Position numbers and translations under genes: made by a program | In this document: positions 28,477 to 37,919 of the stretch, in pieces | Position numbering within the stretch: the first letter of the stretch is position 1 | Layout of the letters: each line of letters begins with the position of its first letter | Notes under the pieces: generated by a model | Databases searched by the model: none | What the model was told of the DNA's origin: nothing | The model's input: the letters and a program-made list of their open reading frames with translations, nothing else | DNA from: a virus | Virus record (IMG/VR): IMGVR_UViG_3300038425_000083 | Coordinates: 12,069-76,068 of that record | Length of the DNA: 64,000 nucleotides | Strand: one strand, 5' to 3'

Positions 28477-29946
28477 ATGACTCTACTTTTTCATGTAATC
28501 GATCTTCAAAAATCTTCAGAGGGGGCCAAGAAGGCCTGGGAAACAAGAAGACATGGAGGTTCCCATCAGAAGATTAAGTTAACAAAGCAGCAAGCTTGGG
28601 ATTTGAGAGAACAAGAACGCAAAGCTCAAATGAATCTTCCTCTTAAAGAGAGGGCAAAGTTAAAACAAAGATATGATGAACTAAAACAAGATGCGGAATT
28701 ATCTTCCGAAGAATACGCAAAGAAGTATTCAAAGGAATACGGAGAAAAGTATTTAAAAGAATATCCGTATGCACTTGAATATCGGCAAAAGATGGCAAAA
28801 GAAATTGTTTCTAAGCCATTTGAAGAACAACTTAAACTCTTCTCTGAGAAAAAGAAGCCTGAAGACATGACCTGGACAGAATACTTTGAACACAGAAAAG
28901 CTACTCCAAAGGGTCAAATGCCAGGGCAGTTCTATGCCGGAGATGTGAACCGAATACGAAAAGATTACAAGAAACTTCAGGAGAAGAAACAACTTAAACT
29001 CTTCCCAGAGAAGAAGCCCGAGAAATCTTTAAAACAAAAACAGATAGATGCTATGACTAAGGAAGAACGAAAGAAATATATGGCTCCGTGGGGAGGACGA
29101 ATAGGAAAGCCGAAGATCGAGAGTAGCAAAGCTCACTTTACACCAAAAGAAGTTAGTTCTGCAATCGATAAATTGAAGACTGCTACTATTGAAGATGTTC
29201 AGGGTGGAAAAATCCCTCTTGCTTTTTACGGGGGAAATGAACTTGGCCCAGAGATTGTTGCCCAGTTTAGTAATGGCAAGATTCGTTTGTTCGATGGTTT
29301 TTTTAAGATGCCTGCGGAAGATCGCCCCTCATTGCTTTACCATGAATTTGGGCATGAGGTTACACGTATAGCATTTGGTTATCATTCAGATGAGACTAAC
29401 TCCATGTTAAAACCATTCCAGTTGGGTACAATGAGATATGACAATTTTGCAGGAGCCAGTTATCGTCCAGATGAAATGATAGCGGATATCTACTCAGAGG
29501 CGATGACCGTCAAGGAACCGATATGGGAGAGCGGTGGGAAGTATGAGCGAATGACAGATTACATTCTTAATATTGCTCATAGTGCAGGGTTACCCACTCC
29601 AAAATGGTTTACTTCTAAGTCCGTTCCTGAAAAGGTTTACCCTGCAGGTTATAAACCAGAATCAATAGATGAATGGATGGATTGGCACGAGAAGCATAAA
29701 GATGAGTTAGAACGGAAGCAAGAGAAGCGAGATGTCTTATTTAAGAAGAGTTTTTATCCTGGAACATTAGCGATGACCGCTGGTAAAGATTTACCACGTC
29801 CTCGGAAGATAAAGGATGTAGAGAGGTTGATAAGAAAAGTCGAAAAGAATGAAAAGGACCGAAAGAAAATGTTAACGGCTGATATATTACCAGAAAATCC
29901 TTTGAAGCAAACAACAGGAAGCGGCTCTCAAGCAGTTCTTGGGTAA
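28477..29946 (+). CDS. tagged protein with zincin metallopeptidase domain
   Basis: FHVIDLQK|SSEGAKKAWETRRHGGSH; LLYHEFGHE..PDEMIADIY; internal repeat QLKLF(S/P)EKKP. Confidence 0.8.
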   Translation: MTLLFHVIDLQKSSEGAKKAWETRRHGGSHQKIKLTKQQAWDLREQERKAQMNLPLKERAKLKQRYDELKQDAELSSEEYAKKYSKEYGEKYLKEYPYALEYRQKMAKEIVSKPFEEQLKLFSEKKKPEDMTWTEYFEHRKATPKGQMPGQFYAGDVNRIRKDYKKLQEKKQLKLFPEKKPEKSLKQKQIDAMTKEERKKYMAPWGGRIGKPKIESSKAHFTPKEVSSAIDKLKTATIEDVQGGKIPLAFYGGNELGPEIVAQFSNGKIRLFDGFFKMPAEDRPSLLYHEFGHEVTRIAFGYHSDETNSMLKPFQLGTMRYDNFAGASYRPDEMIADIYSEAMTVKEPIWESGGKYERMTDYILNIAHSAGLPTPKWFTSKSVPEKVYPAGYKPESIDEWMDWHEKHKDELERKQEKRDVLFKKSFYPGTLAMTAGKDLPRPRKIKDVERLIRKVEKNEKDRKKMLTADILPENPLKQTTGSGSQAVLG

Positions 29947-30021
29947 CTAAGGAAGACTGATTTCTGCATACAACTACTTATAACTGAAAGCAGAGCTCGA
30001 GTCGCCCATGAAATTTCTGGG

Positions 30022-30420
30022 ATGATTCTATTGGGCTCAAAAGAAGTGGATGTGCCCTTCGGGGCAATCAGTCTGGTTCTAAATATTATGTTTAATCAAG
30101 AAGATAAAGAGTTTTTAGAAGTTATGAATCTTAGGAAGCATATCCTGTCTAAAATGGATAAGCATCCAGATGAGATGTTTTACGCTTTTTCCTGGGTTCT
30201 ACTTGAAGGGGTAAAAGATGGATACTTAGAATTTACTAAAGATTTGGATTTGACAGCAAAAGATTGTGAAGAAATCTTTAAAGGCATGCTCGAGAAAGAG
30301 TTCAATTCATTAGATGATTTAGATGTTGCCATTGATTTCGGCCAGAAAGTTTTAAAAAAGTTTGATGAAGTCTTTAGACTATTAAAAAAGGAAAAGAGAG
30401 GTAAAGAGAGAAGTCTTTAA
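30022..30420 (+). CDS. hypothetical protein
   Basis: 132-aa ORF; start uncertain. Confidence 0.55.
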   Translation: MILLGSKEVDVPFGAISLVLNIMFNQEDKEFLEVMNLRKHILSKMDKHPDEMFYAFSWVLLEGVKDGYLEFTKDLDLTAKDCEEIFKGMLEKEFNSLDDLDVAIDFGQKVLKKFDEVFRLLKKEKRGKERSL

Positions 30421-30489
30421 AGCATTACGTGAAAATTGAAACTTGAATAACCGCCCATGAAAAATTGATACTCTCTTTTGTGGGTTAGT

Positions 30490-31146
30490 ATGCTTATTAA
30501 TGCAGCAGATATTCTTAACATTATAGGAACGTCTGGTTATTCAGGGTTAGGAACGTCAGGCTATTCTGGAACAGGTTATTCTGGTTATTCTGGAGCAGGT
30601 TACTCTGGGGCATCTGGTTACTCAGGATACGATGCCAGGGCAGGATATTCTGGTATTTCTGGATACTCTGGGATAGTTAAAACCAGGCTGGATTATTCGC
30701 CTGAACTTGTTTTTACAGTTGATGTCACTGGTACGACAGAACCAATCACAGAAGTACGCTTAACTATTCATGACAATAGAAAGGTTAGCTATACAGGACA
30801 ATATAAAGAAGGTAGGGCTTTCTTTAAGCTGGATGAACTTAAAAAATATTTTAAAGTTGGAGCATTTAAGTATGATCTTGAAATATTTATTGGTAATCAA
30901 TTCTTTGTTCCTTTGTCTGGTCAAATAGAGTTTACTGAACCAATAAGAGTGACAGCCGATAAAGAGTCCCTCAAAGAGCCTCCTGTTGCGATAGTCCAGG
31001 CTGGAATTTCTATGGCTAAGGCTTTAGACTTCGGGATTCCAAAACCAGAACCCAAAGTTGTTAAAAAAAGTGAGAGTGAAAAAGTTGTAAGAAGAAAAAC
31101 AAAACAAAGATTTGTAGTTTTAGATTTTAAAGAGAAGAGGGGTTAA
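30490..31146 (+). CDS. SGYSG-repeat protein with Ig-like beta domain
   Basis: GYSG repeated 8 times at about 30535-30672; beta-rich C-terminal domain; terminal FVVLDFK. Confidence 0.7.
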   Translation: MLINAADILNIIGTSGYSGLGTSGYSGTGYSGYSGAGYSGASGYSGYDARAGYSGISGYSGIVKTRLDYSPELVFTVDVTGTTEPITEVRLTIHDNRKVSYTGQYKEGRAFFKLDELKKYFKVGAFKYDLEIFIGNQFFVPLSGQIEFTEPIRVTADKESLKEPPVAIVQAGISMAKALDFGIPKPEPKVVKKSESEKVVRRKTKQRFVVLDFKEKRG

Positions 31147-32243
31147 TGACAGAACCTGTTAGGCGTTGGGATGATTGGAGATGGCAGTTAAGAAATCGTA
31201 TTACGACTAAAGAAGAATTAGAGAAATTAATTGAACTTATCCCTGAAGAAATAAAAGGGATAGAATCATTGCAAGGTAAAGGTATGGGGTTAAACATAAC
31301 GCCTTACTATGCTTCTTTAGTTGACCCGAAGTCTCCCAACGATCCTATAAGAAGAACCGTTGTTCCAAGGATTGAGGAGACAATTATCAAGCCTTGCGAG
31401 ATGGAAGACCCTTTAGCTGAAGATAGGATGAGTCCGGTTCCAGGGTTAGTCCGTAGATATCCAGATCGGGTTCTTTTGCTTGTAACAGACCATTGTGCGA
31501 GCTATTGTCGTTATTGTACCAGGCGGAGACTGGTAGGTCACAAGGAAAGACCAATAACAAAGACTGATTTTAAAGAGGTTGTTCGTTGGCTTAAGGAGCA
31601 TAGAGAAATAAAGGATGTTCTTATATCAGGTGGTGATCCTTTGACTTTAGAAACAACAAAGTTGGAGGACTTTTTAAGAGACCTCTATGCTATACCTCAT
31701 ATTGATTTAATTCGCATAGGAACGAAAGCTCCTGTGACTATGCCTATGAGAATAACATCGAGTCTTTGTAATACTTTGAGAAGTTATCATCCTTTGTTTA
31801 TCTCAATAAATTTTATTCACCCAAAGGAGATAACTGATGAGTGCAAGGAGGCTTGTATAAAACTTGCGGAGGCTGGGATACCGTTAGGAAGTCAAACTGT
31901 TCTTCTTAAAGGAGTCAATGATGATGTTCCCACAATGAGAAAGCTAATGCATGAACTTCTTAAAATCAGAGTCAAGCCATACTATATTTATCAGTGTGAT
32001 CTTGCTCAAGGAACAGATCATTTTAGAACTCCTGTGTCTACAGGTATAAAAATTATTAATAAGCTCCGTGGATTTACAACAGGATTTGGAGTACCAACTT
32101 ATGTTATTGATGGCCCCGGAGGTCTTGGAAAGATTCCAGTTTCGCCAGACTATGTTGTAAGCAGAGATGAAAAGAAAATTATTCTAAGAAATTTTAAAGA
32201 TAAGACATGCGAATATCCGGAGGTTGAAAATGAAAGTAATTAG
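31146..32243 (+). CDS. kamA: lysine 2,3-aminomutase (KamA family radical SAM)
   Basis: WDDWRWQLRN, ITPYY, EDPLAED, RYPDRVL, CASYCRYC, SGGDPL, QTVLLKGVND, HFRT, YVIDGPGGLGKIP (PLP Lys). Confidence 0.92.
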   Translation: MTEPVRRWDDWRWQLRNRITTKEELEKLIELIPEEIKGIESLQGKGMGLNITPYYASLVDPKSPNDPIRRTVVPRIEETIIKPCEMEDPLAEDRMSPVPGLVRRYPDRVLLLVTDHCASYCRYCTRRRLVGHKERPITKTDFKEVVRWLKEHREIKDVLISGGDPLTLETTKLEDFLRDLYAIPHIDLIRIGTKAPVTMPMRITSSLCNTLRSYHPLFISINFIHPKEITDECKEACIKLAEAGIPLGSQTVLLKGVNDDVPTMRKLMHELLKIRVKPYYIYQCDLAQGTDHFRTPVSTGIKIINKLRGFTTGFGVPTYVIDGPGGLGKIPVSPDYVVSRDEKKIILRNFKDKTCEYPEVENESN

Positions 32244-32445
32244 TGATTATGATGAGCACGCAGATGTTCTTTATTTAACTTTTGATGATGCAGAGCCTGC
32301 AATCTGCTATGAGTTAGAGGAAAAATTCAGAAGTGCCATTTTAGTCCGTTATAATCCAGCAACTGATAGAGTTTCTGGAATAACAATTTTAAATTTGAAA
32401 GACATTAAACCAAAGGATGAACATGAAAATTTCGGATTTTTTTAA
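32230..32445 (+). CDS. DUF2283-like protein
   Basis: YDEHADVLYL..GITILN. Confidence 0.7.
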   Translation: MKVISDYDEHADVLYLTFDDAEPAICYELEEKFRSAILVRYNPATDRVSGITILNLKDIKPKDEHENFGFF

Positions 32446-32632
32446 TCCCCAAAGTTTAGAACATATGATGGCTTACAAACATCTTCAGGAGAAAGGATTT
32501 TGGCCTGAGGGTTTTATTCCGGAGAGAATGGAATTTGAACCTGCCTGGCAAATCATTCTTCAAGGAAAGATGGCCGAAGAGTATATGAAGCAGTTAGAGA
32601 AAGGATGGGATTGTGAATGGATGGAGGGGTAA
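32417..32632 (+). CDS. hypothetical protein
   Basis: ORF in packed gene run. Confidence 0.55.
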   Translation: MNMKISDFFNPQSLEHMMAYKHLQEKGFWPEGFIPERMEFEPAWQIILQGKMAEEYMKQLEKGWDCEWMEG

Positions 32633-33034
32633 ATGGCTGATTGGAGCATTGTTCGTTTTGACCCTGACTATCCAGAGAAACTTGATCCAGAAATCATTCC
32701 TCTCTGTGATGCTTTGAATGCAGCCGGTTTTGTAACGACTGCCTCTTGTTGTGGTCACGTGCGGGATTGGCCTATTGTATGGTTTGAACATAGTACCGAT
32801 GAGCGTACCGAGAGCTTAGCAAGATTCATTATCAAAGAAGAACAAGGGGATTACCGTCCTCATTTTTCAGTCTTTAGAAAAGAAATTTTACTTGAAGGAT
32901 ATATCTGGTGTTTAGAAATACATTGCAATAATGTGTATAGTGATACACCGCAGAACATAGTTCATAAAGAATATGAACAAGCTTTGGTTAAAGTCACTCA
33001 GTTGATTGATGAATGGAGGGAACATAATGGCTGA
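32633..33034 (+). CDS. protein with TYW3-like N-terminal motif
   Basis: LDPEIIPLCDALN..FVTTASCCGH resembles D..I..L...LN...TTSSCSG of Tyw3/Taw3. Confidence 0.55.
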   Translation: MADWSIVRFDPDYPEKLDPEIIPLCDALNAAGFVTTASCCGHVRDWPIVWFEHSTDERTESLARFIIKEEQGDYRPHFSVFRKEILLEGYIWCLEIHCNNVYSDTPQNIVHKEYEQALVKVTQLIDEWREHNG

Positions 33035-33190
33035 TCTTATAAAGATTCTTAAGCTTGAATGTTTGATATGCGGTACTGTCTTTGACTTGGAGACCCCGAC
33101 AGGTTTTATAAGATGGCAGTATTGTCCTGCATGTAAGAACTCCGGGAAGTTTAAGCAACTTGGAATGACAATAAAAGAGGAGAAGAAATA

Positions 33191-34513
33191 GTGAGAGCAG
33201 TTATAAGAAGACCCCAATCTGAATCATATATTATTTTGGAAAAGGCCAAGAAGACGCCTTCAAAGAAAGTTCTTATTTGGGACTGCGATTATGGGACAGA
33301 ACTTGCGGCCAGATTTGCTAAAGATGGACATGATACTCTTTATTATACGGAGTGGCCTGAGTCCCATTCCCATTTTAATAAGTTTGCCGTCGGCTTAGGA
33401 ATGGATGGCATTAAGAAGATTAAGCATTTCTTTAAATACTACAAAGATGTTGATTATATTATTTTTATGGAAACGGGACGTGGAGACTTGTGCAACGATC
33501 TTAGAAAAGAAAAAATTGCTAATCCTGATTCCTCTTTACCTTATATCTTCGGTGCTGGTCTCGGTGAGAAGTTAGAACTGAAGCGTGCCTGGGCCAAAGA
33601 GATTCAAAAGCAGGTGGGACTTCCAGTCGCACCTTATAAGATAATTAAAGGAGTTGAAGGAGTTATTAACTATCTGAAGAAGAATCCTGGGAAGTGGATT
33701 AAACAGGATATCTTTAGAGGAGATAAAGAAACTTTCTATGCTGAGGATGAATACGGGGCAAGAACAGAACTTAATTATTTGCGTCCCAAAATCGGGCCGT
33801 TTGAAGAAACGTATGAGTTCATAGTAGAAGACCCGGTCAAAGATGCTGTAGAAGCTGGTTGGGATTTATTTTTTAATGGTAATGATTTTCTTAAGCCTTA
33901 CTTATGGGGATATTGCCAAGACTGGTTTTATGTTGGCAAATTTACCGATAAAATGCCTCCTGTATTGGAGGATGTGGCTGTGAGAATAAAACCTATCCTT
34001 CAAGAGTTGAATTACAGAGGAATTATATCAATAGAATGCCAAGTTGTAAAAGACGGCACAGGATTTGTAACCGATTGGACTACAAGATTTCCTTTGCCGT
34101 TAGGTTTTGCTTATGAATACGGCTTAAAGAACTTTTCCGATGTCATGTTTGCGGTTGCCGAAGGCAAAGATATAGAACTTGACATTAAGAACAAGTATAT
34201 TGGTTACATGGAAGTTCAATCTATGGATGTTCAAGATAGTTGGCTTAAAGTAACCTTCCCAGAGAAGTATAAAGATAATATCAAATTAAGAAAGCCGACT
34301 AAGGTTGAAGGAAATTACTATGCTATCCCGACCATCGATGAAGTTTTATGTGCTGTAGTTGATTCTAATTCAAATATGAAAAATATGTTTGAGAGGATTT
34401 GTGATATAGGAACACAAATTAAAGCATCTGGATGTGATGCTGGTCAAGCTTCCGATGCTTACGGAATTTATGAAGAGATAAAAAAAGGGAAGAAGAGGGG
34501 GCTTGATTTCTAA
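33191..34513 (+). CDS. ATP-grasp ligase (PurD/GARS-like) with YIILEK|A leader
   Basis: LELKRAWAKE..GLP, FIVEDPV..VEAGWDLFFNG, YRGIISIE, DWTTRF. Confidence 0.7.
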   Translation: MRAVIRRPQSESYIILEKAKKTPSKKVLIWDCDYGTELAARFAKDGHDTLYYTEWPESHSHFNKFAVGLGMDGIKKIKHFFKYYKDVDYIIFMETGRGDLCNDLRKEKIANPDSSLPYIFGAGLGEKLELKRAWAKEIQKQVGLPVAPYKIIKGVEGVINYLKKNPGKWIKQDIFRGDKETFYAEDEYGARTELNYLRPKIGPFEETYEFIVEDPVKDAVEAGWDLFFNGNDFLKPYLWGYCQDWFYVGKFTDKMPPVLEDVAVRIKPILQELNYRGIISIECQVVKDGTGFVTDWTTRFPLPLGFAYEYGLKNFSDVMFAVAEGKDIELDIKNKYIGYMEVQSMDVQDSWLKVTFPEKYKDNIKLRKPTKVEGNYYAIPTIDEVLCAVVDSNSNMKNMFERICDIGTQIKASGCDAGQASDAYGIYEEIKKGKKRGLDF

Positions 34514-35253
34514 TGATAGTCTATGTTGATGACCGATTAATGAAAGCTGACCGTAGCCATGTTGCCTTTGAAAGAACTGTTAAAGGCAAGCAACAACATA
34601 TCAAACAAAAGGGTTCGAAGAAAGAAGAAGAGACTGAGCAAAAAAATAAAAAGCCTAAAGGCGAGCAGGCCAGAACCGAAGCCAAAGGGATAGTCGATAG
34701 TATAGGAAATACTATGAAAATATTTAAACAGTCTGAAGGGATGTGCGGGCCGACGAGTGTTAGCATGGCATTGACAAAATTCAGAAAAAATTATTCTCCG
34801 GAACAAATAGCCAAGATTGCCCACTCTACGGCTTCGGAAGGAACAGATAGCGGTGAGTTGGTAAAGGCAATTAAATCTGTTGGTATAGATGTTGTTGAAT
34901 ATAAAAATTTAAGTAGGTTACATGCCTTGCATGTTCTTAGGAATCATACCAAGAATGGAGAGCCTTGTATCGTATCTTGGCTTAAAACAAAACTCGTATC
35001 TTCAAGTGAGTCCAGTATAAAGGGGTCAGAAGGGATGAAGCCTGGTTTTGAAGAAGTCCCGGACATGAAGACGATATCGAAAAAGCAAGCAGAAGAAGCA
35101 GAGCATTATTCAGTTGTTAAAAGTGTAGACGATAAGTATGTTCATATGCTTGATCCGTTGGAAGACAAAGAACAATCACTTCCAATTAAATATTTTTTGG
35201 ATAGATGGTGGGATTCAGAGGATAAGAGATGGTTCCTGGTCTTAACAAAATAG
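34513..35253 (+). CDS. tagged C39-like cysteine peptidase
   Basis: LMK|A plus hairpin tag; QSEGMCGP, EGT, HYSVV, MLDP. Confidence 0.8.
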   Translation: MIVYVDDRLMKADRSHVAFERTVKGKQQHIKQKGSKKEEETEQKNKKPKGEQARTEAKGIVDSIGNTMKIFKQSEGMCGPTSVSMALTKFRKNYSPEQIAKIAHSTASEGTDSGELVKAIKSVGIDVVEYKNLSRLHALHVLRNHTKNGEPCIVSWLKTKLVSSSESSIKGSEGMKPGFEEVPDMKTISKKQAEEAEHYSVVKSVDDKYVHMLDPLEDKEQSLPIKYFLDRWWDSEDKRWFLVLTK

Positions 35254-35263
35254 GAGGAGAAAC

Positions 35264-35671
35264 ATGGAAGAAAGAGCTTGGAGGAACATAAGTATCGGAA
35301 AGACAGATCGCCCTGTGTTATGTCCTGATCTTATTCGTCAGAGATGTGTCATCGAGTTTTTGACTGATTTGGACATGAATGACTTTGATTTCATGGAGAA
35401 ACACCTAACGAAGTTTCTCCATGATTTGTCAAAAACCTTGGATATGAGGATATTCATGGGGCCGATTATAGGGAACGACAGAAACGAACTTACTGGCGAG
35501 AATGGTCCCTCAGCACTTGTAGGATGGACTACTTCGGGTTGCCAGATTCACTCTTGGCCTTTCAGAAAGTTTGTATCGATTGATATCTATAGCTGCAAAG
35601 CGTACGATGTATTAAAGGCATTCAAACTTGTGACTAAATATTTTAATCCTGTTATTGTGGACATTCGTTAA
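35264..35671 (+). CDS. S-adenosylmethionine decarboxylase-like (pyruvoyl) proenzyme
   Basis: GPSALVGWTT-SGCQIHSWP..FVSIDIYSCK; T-S rather than E-S at the self-cleavage position. Confidence 0.8.
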   Translation: MEERAWRNISIGKTDRPVLCPDLIRQRCVIEFLTDLDMNDFDFMEKHLTKFLHDLSKTLDMRIFMGPIIGNDRNELTGENGPSALVGWTTSGCQIHSWPFRKFVSIDIYSCKAYDVLKAFKLVTKYFNPVIVDIR

Positions 35672-36486
35672 TGAGGATGCAAGTCTATTTAAGAAAGTTG
35701 TTTAAAGTCGTTAGTGAACGGAGGCTTTGGCTTACTGTTCTTGGGAAAACAGGACGCCAGTATATCTGGATTGTTCGATCAACTTTAGAGTTTGATCATG
35801 ACAGGCCAAACTTTTTAATTGCTGCAGGTTTTCATGGAGAGGAGATTGCCGGGCCTTTTGCGATTCTGAAATGGCTTGAAACTGCAACTCCAAATCAACT
35901 TGCAAAGGCCAATTTTACATTTTTACCAGTTATGAACCCGATCGGATTTAACAGAGGTTCTCGGTATGCTCGAGCAGGAGAGAAAACAAATGCTGGCTTC
36001 TATCACGTAGAAGAAAGCAAAGATGTTCTTTCAACAGAGGGTCAGATTCTTATGGAGAATGTTGACTTTCTGATTAAGGCTGCCAGGGATGGCTTTCTTA
36101 GTTTGCATGAGGATGAGACTGTAGATAAGTTCTATGTTTATGATTATGTAGCAGAGGAGCGAGCCAAGCCAAGTTCTTTTGCAAGAGCTATGAGAGATGA
36201 GGAGAAGAAGTTTTTTGATGTCATTGCGGATAATACCCCTGTCAATGAGGAAGGCGATCCGAATGCAGTTGTTTGGGATGGGATTGTTTATCATTTGTGC
36301 GATGGTAGTTTTGAAGACATGTTAATGCATAACGGAATACCAAGAGCTATAACTACAGAGACCCCATCACTTGGCATCGGATTGGAAAAAAGAGTTGAAG
36401 CTGGGGTTGCGTTAATAACAAAATTTGTTAATTTATCTGTTAGACGTTCCAGGGTTATGTCAAAATATAGGAGAGATAAAGAATAA
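35671..36486 (+). CDS. M14 family peptidase/deacylase (succinylglutamate desuccinylase-like)
   Basis: AGFHGEE, PVMNPIG..R, LSLHED, TTETP. Confidence 0.85.
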   Translation: MRMQVYLRKLFKVVSERRLWLTVLGKTGRQYIWIVRSTLEFDHDRPNFLIAAGFHGEEIAGPFAILKWLETATPNQLAKANFTFLPVMNPIGFNRGSRYARAGEKTNAGFYHVEESKDVLSTEGQILMENVDFLIKAARDGFLSLHEDETVDKFYVYDYVAEERAKPSSFARAMRDEEKKFFDVIADNTPVNEEGDPNAVVWDGIVYHLCDGSFEDMLMHNGIPRAITTETPSLGIGLEKRVEAGVALITKFVNLSVRRSRVMSKYRRDKE

Positions 36487-37245
36487 ATGGGAAGAGAAGT
36501 TAAATGTTTTATGTTAGAACCGACAGATCGAGTTAGAAGGCATCTTCGAAGATTTGTATCTTTTAAAGTCTCGCAAGCTGACCGAGAATGTAAAGTAGCT
36601 GAACATGGCTATCATCAGGCACGACAAATGATTGAAGATGCACCAGCTCAGATGACCAGAAGAATTATTCAAACAGAGAACGGAATAAAAGAAGTAGGCG
36701 ATCCTATCTATATTGAATGCGAACAGCCAGGAAGATTTAGAGTTTTAGAATTTGTTGGAATATCGGGATATACAGGGCATCAGGGCCTCTCTGGTGTTTG
36801 CAATGCTGATGAAACCGATCACCAAGTTTATTCCGGAAAGGAAGATCCGAGATGGCCATGGCACTGCCCATGTGGTTATAAGTTTACTCCTGAAGATGAA
36901 TGGCAGGTGTTTACGAATCTTATCTACAAGCGGAAGGATACCGGCGAGTTGATGACATTGCAAGAGTCTCCTCCCGGGGCTATGTGGGATGCCGATTGGA
37001 TGCATGACCTAATCGAGTATTACGGTAGTGATCATAGAGGAGAGAGATTGGACGATGGCATGATTCTGGTCGTTAAAACTCCTGCTGGGGAATGGCTGAT
37101 TGATGGGCCGTCGAGCGACAAACCTTCTAAACGATGGACAAGAAGTGGAGTTCCTCCACTTATAACGGTTCAAGGTTCTATTGGAATTGGAAGTCCGCAG
37201 AAATATCATGGGATGCTTATTGAAGGAGTTTTGAGAGATGTATAA
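36487..37245 (+). CDS. conserved phage-type hypothetical protein
   Basis: PPGAMWDADW, WLIDG, WTRSGVPPLITV..SI..YHG.L..GVL. Confidence 0.65.
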   Translation: MGREVKCFMLEPTDRVRRHLRRFVSFKVSQADRECKVAEHGYHQARQMIEDAPAQMTRRIIQTENGIKEVGDPIYIECEQPGRFRVLEFVGISGYTGHQGLSGVCNADETDHQVYSGKEDPRWPWHCPCGYKFTPEDEWQVFTNLIYKRKDTGELMTLQESPPGAMWDADWMHDLIEYYGSDHRGERLDDGMILVVKTPAGEWLIDGPSSDKPSKRWTRSGVPPLITVQGSIGIGSPQKYHGMLIEGVLRDV

Positions 37246-37771
37246 GTTTGTTATTTTAGAAAAATCTAAGGACTTTCCAGGAGGCTATTACTATATAGAC
37301 CTTGACAAGACGCTCGCATATCATAAAACCGAATGGGGGGCAGATGTCATAGGTAAGCCACTTCCTAAGATGTTGAAAAAACTTAAGGGCTTATTGCGGA
37401 ATGGAAAGAAGATAAAGATTTTCACTGCAAGAGCTACCGATAAAAAAGCTGTTAAAGAAATTCAAGCTTGGTTGAAGGAAAATAAATTACCCCGCTTTGA
37501 AGTTACCAATATAAAGGGAACTGATGTCATTGAGATATGGGATGATAGAGCAAGACAAGTTGATCCTAATACTGGAGAGTTTACAAAAGCGCAGGGTGGA
37601 TACGGGGGCTCTCGAGTTCCTTTGATTGGATTAGGCCTACCAGGTTCTGGACAGTTTCGTTCTCATAAATTGGGGAGATCAGAACGGAAGAGGTTAGCTA
37701 AAAGAAAACGTATAGAGCGAAAGAAAGAACGGAAGGAAGATATAGAAGCATATGGCGAAGCTCTTGACTAA
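37238..37771 (+). CDS. tagged HAD-superfamily phosphatase
   Basis: FVILEK|S leader; IDLDKTL (DxD), IFTAR, WDDRA; basic C-terminal unit after FTK|A. Confidence 0.8.
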   Translation: MYKFVILEKSKDFPGGYYYIDLDKTLAYHKTEWGADVIGKPLPKMLKKLKGLLRNGKKIKIFTARATDKKAVKEIQAWLKENKLPRFEVTNIKGTDVIEIWDDRARQVDPNTGEFTKAQGGYGGSRVPLIGLGLPGSGQFRSHKLGRSERKRLAKRKRIERKKERKEDIEAYGEALD

Positions 37772-37919
37772 TTATGTCATTTTGAAAAAGGCTGAGAAGA
37801 AGTTACCAGATCATAACTCTATGCAATTTCACAAGGAACTTTTTGAAGTAGAAGATGATCTGATGGATTACTTAGACACATTGGAGAAAGAACCAAAGCA
37901 TGAGGCTCGTAATTCTTAA
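37752..37919 (+). CDS. small tagged protein (YVILKK|A), not in ORF track
   Basis: MAKLLTNYVILKKAEKKLPDHNSMQFHKELFEVEDDLMDYLDTLEKEPKHEARNS. Confidence 0.6.
   Translation: MAKLLTNYVILKKAEKKLPDHNSMQFHKELFEVEDDLMDYLDTLEKEPKHEARNS

Noticed and set aside
31146-32243. EF-P beta-lysylation enzyme EpmB
   Set aside because: The WDDWRWQ start and GGLGKIP motif fit KamA-type enzymes better, and no EpmA or EF-P gene is in the window.
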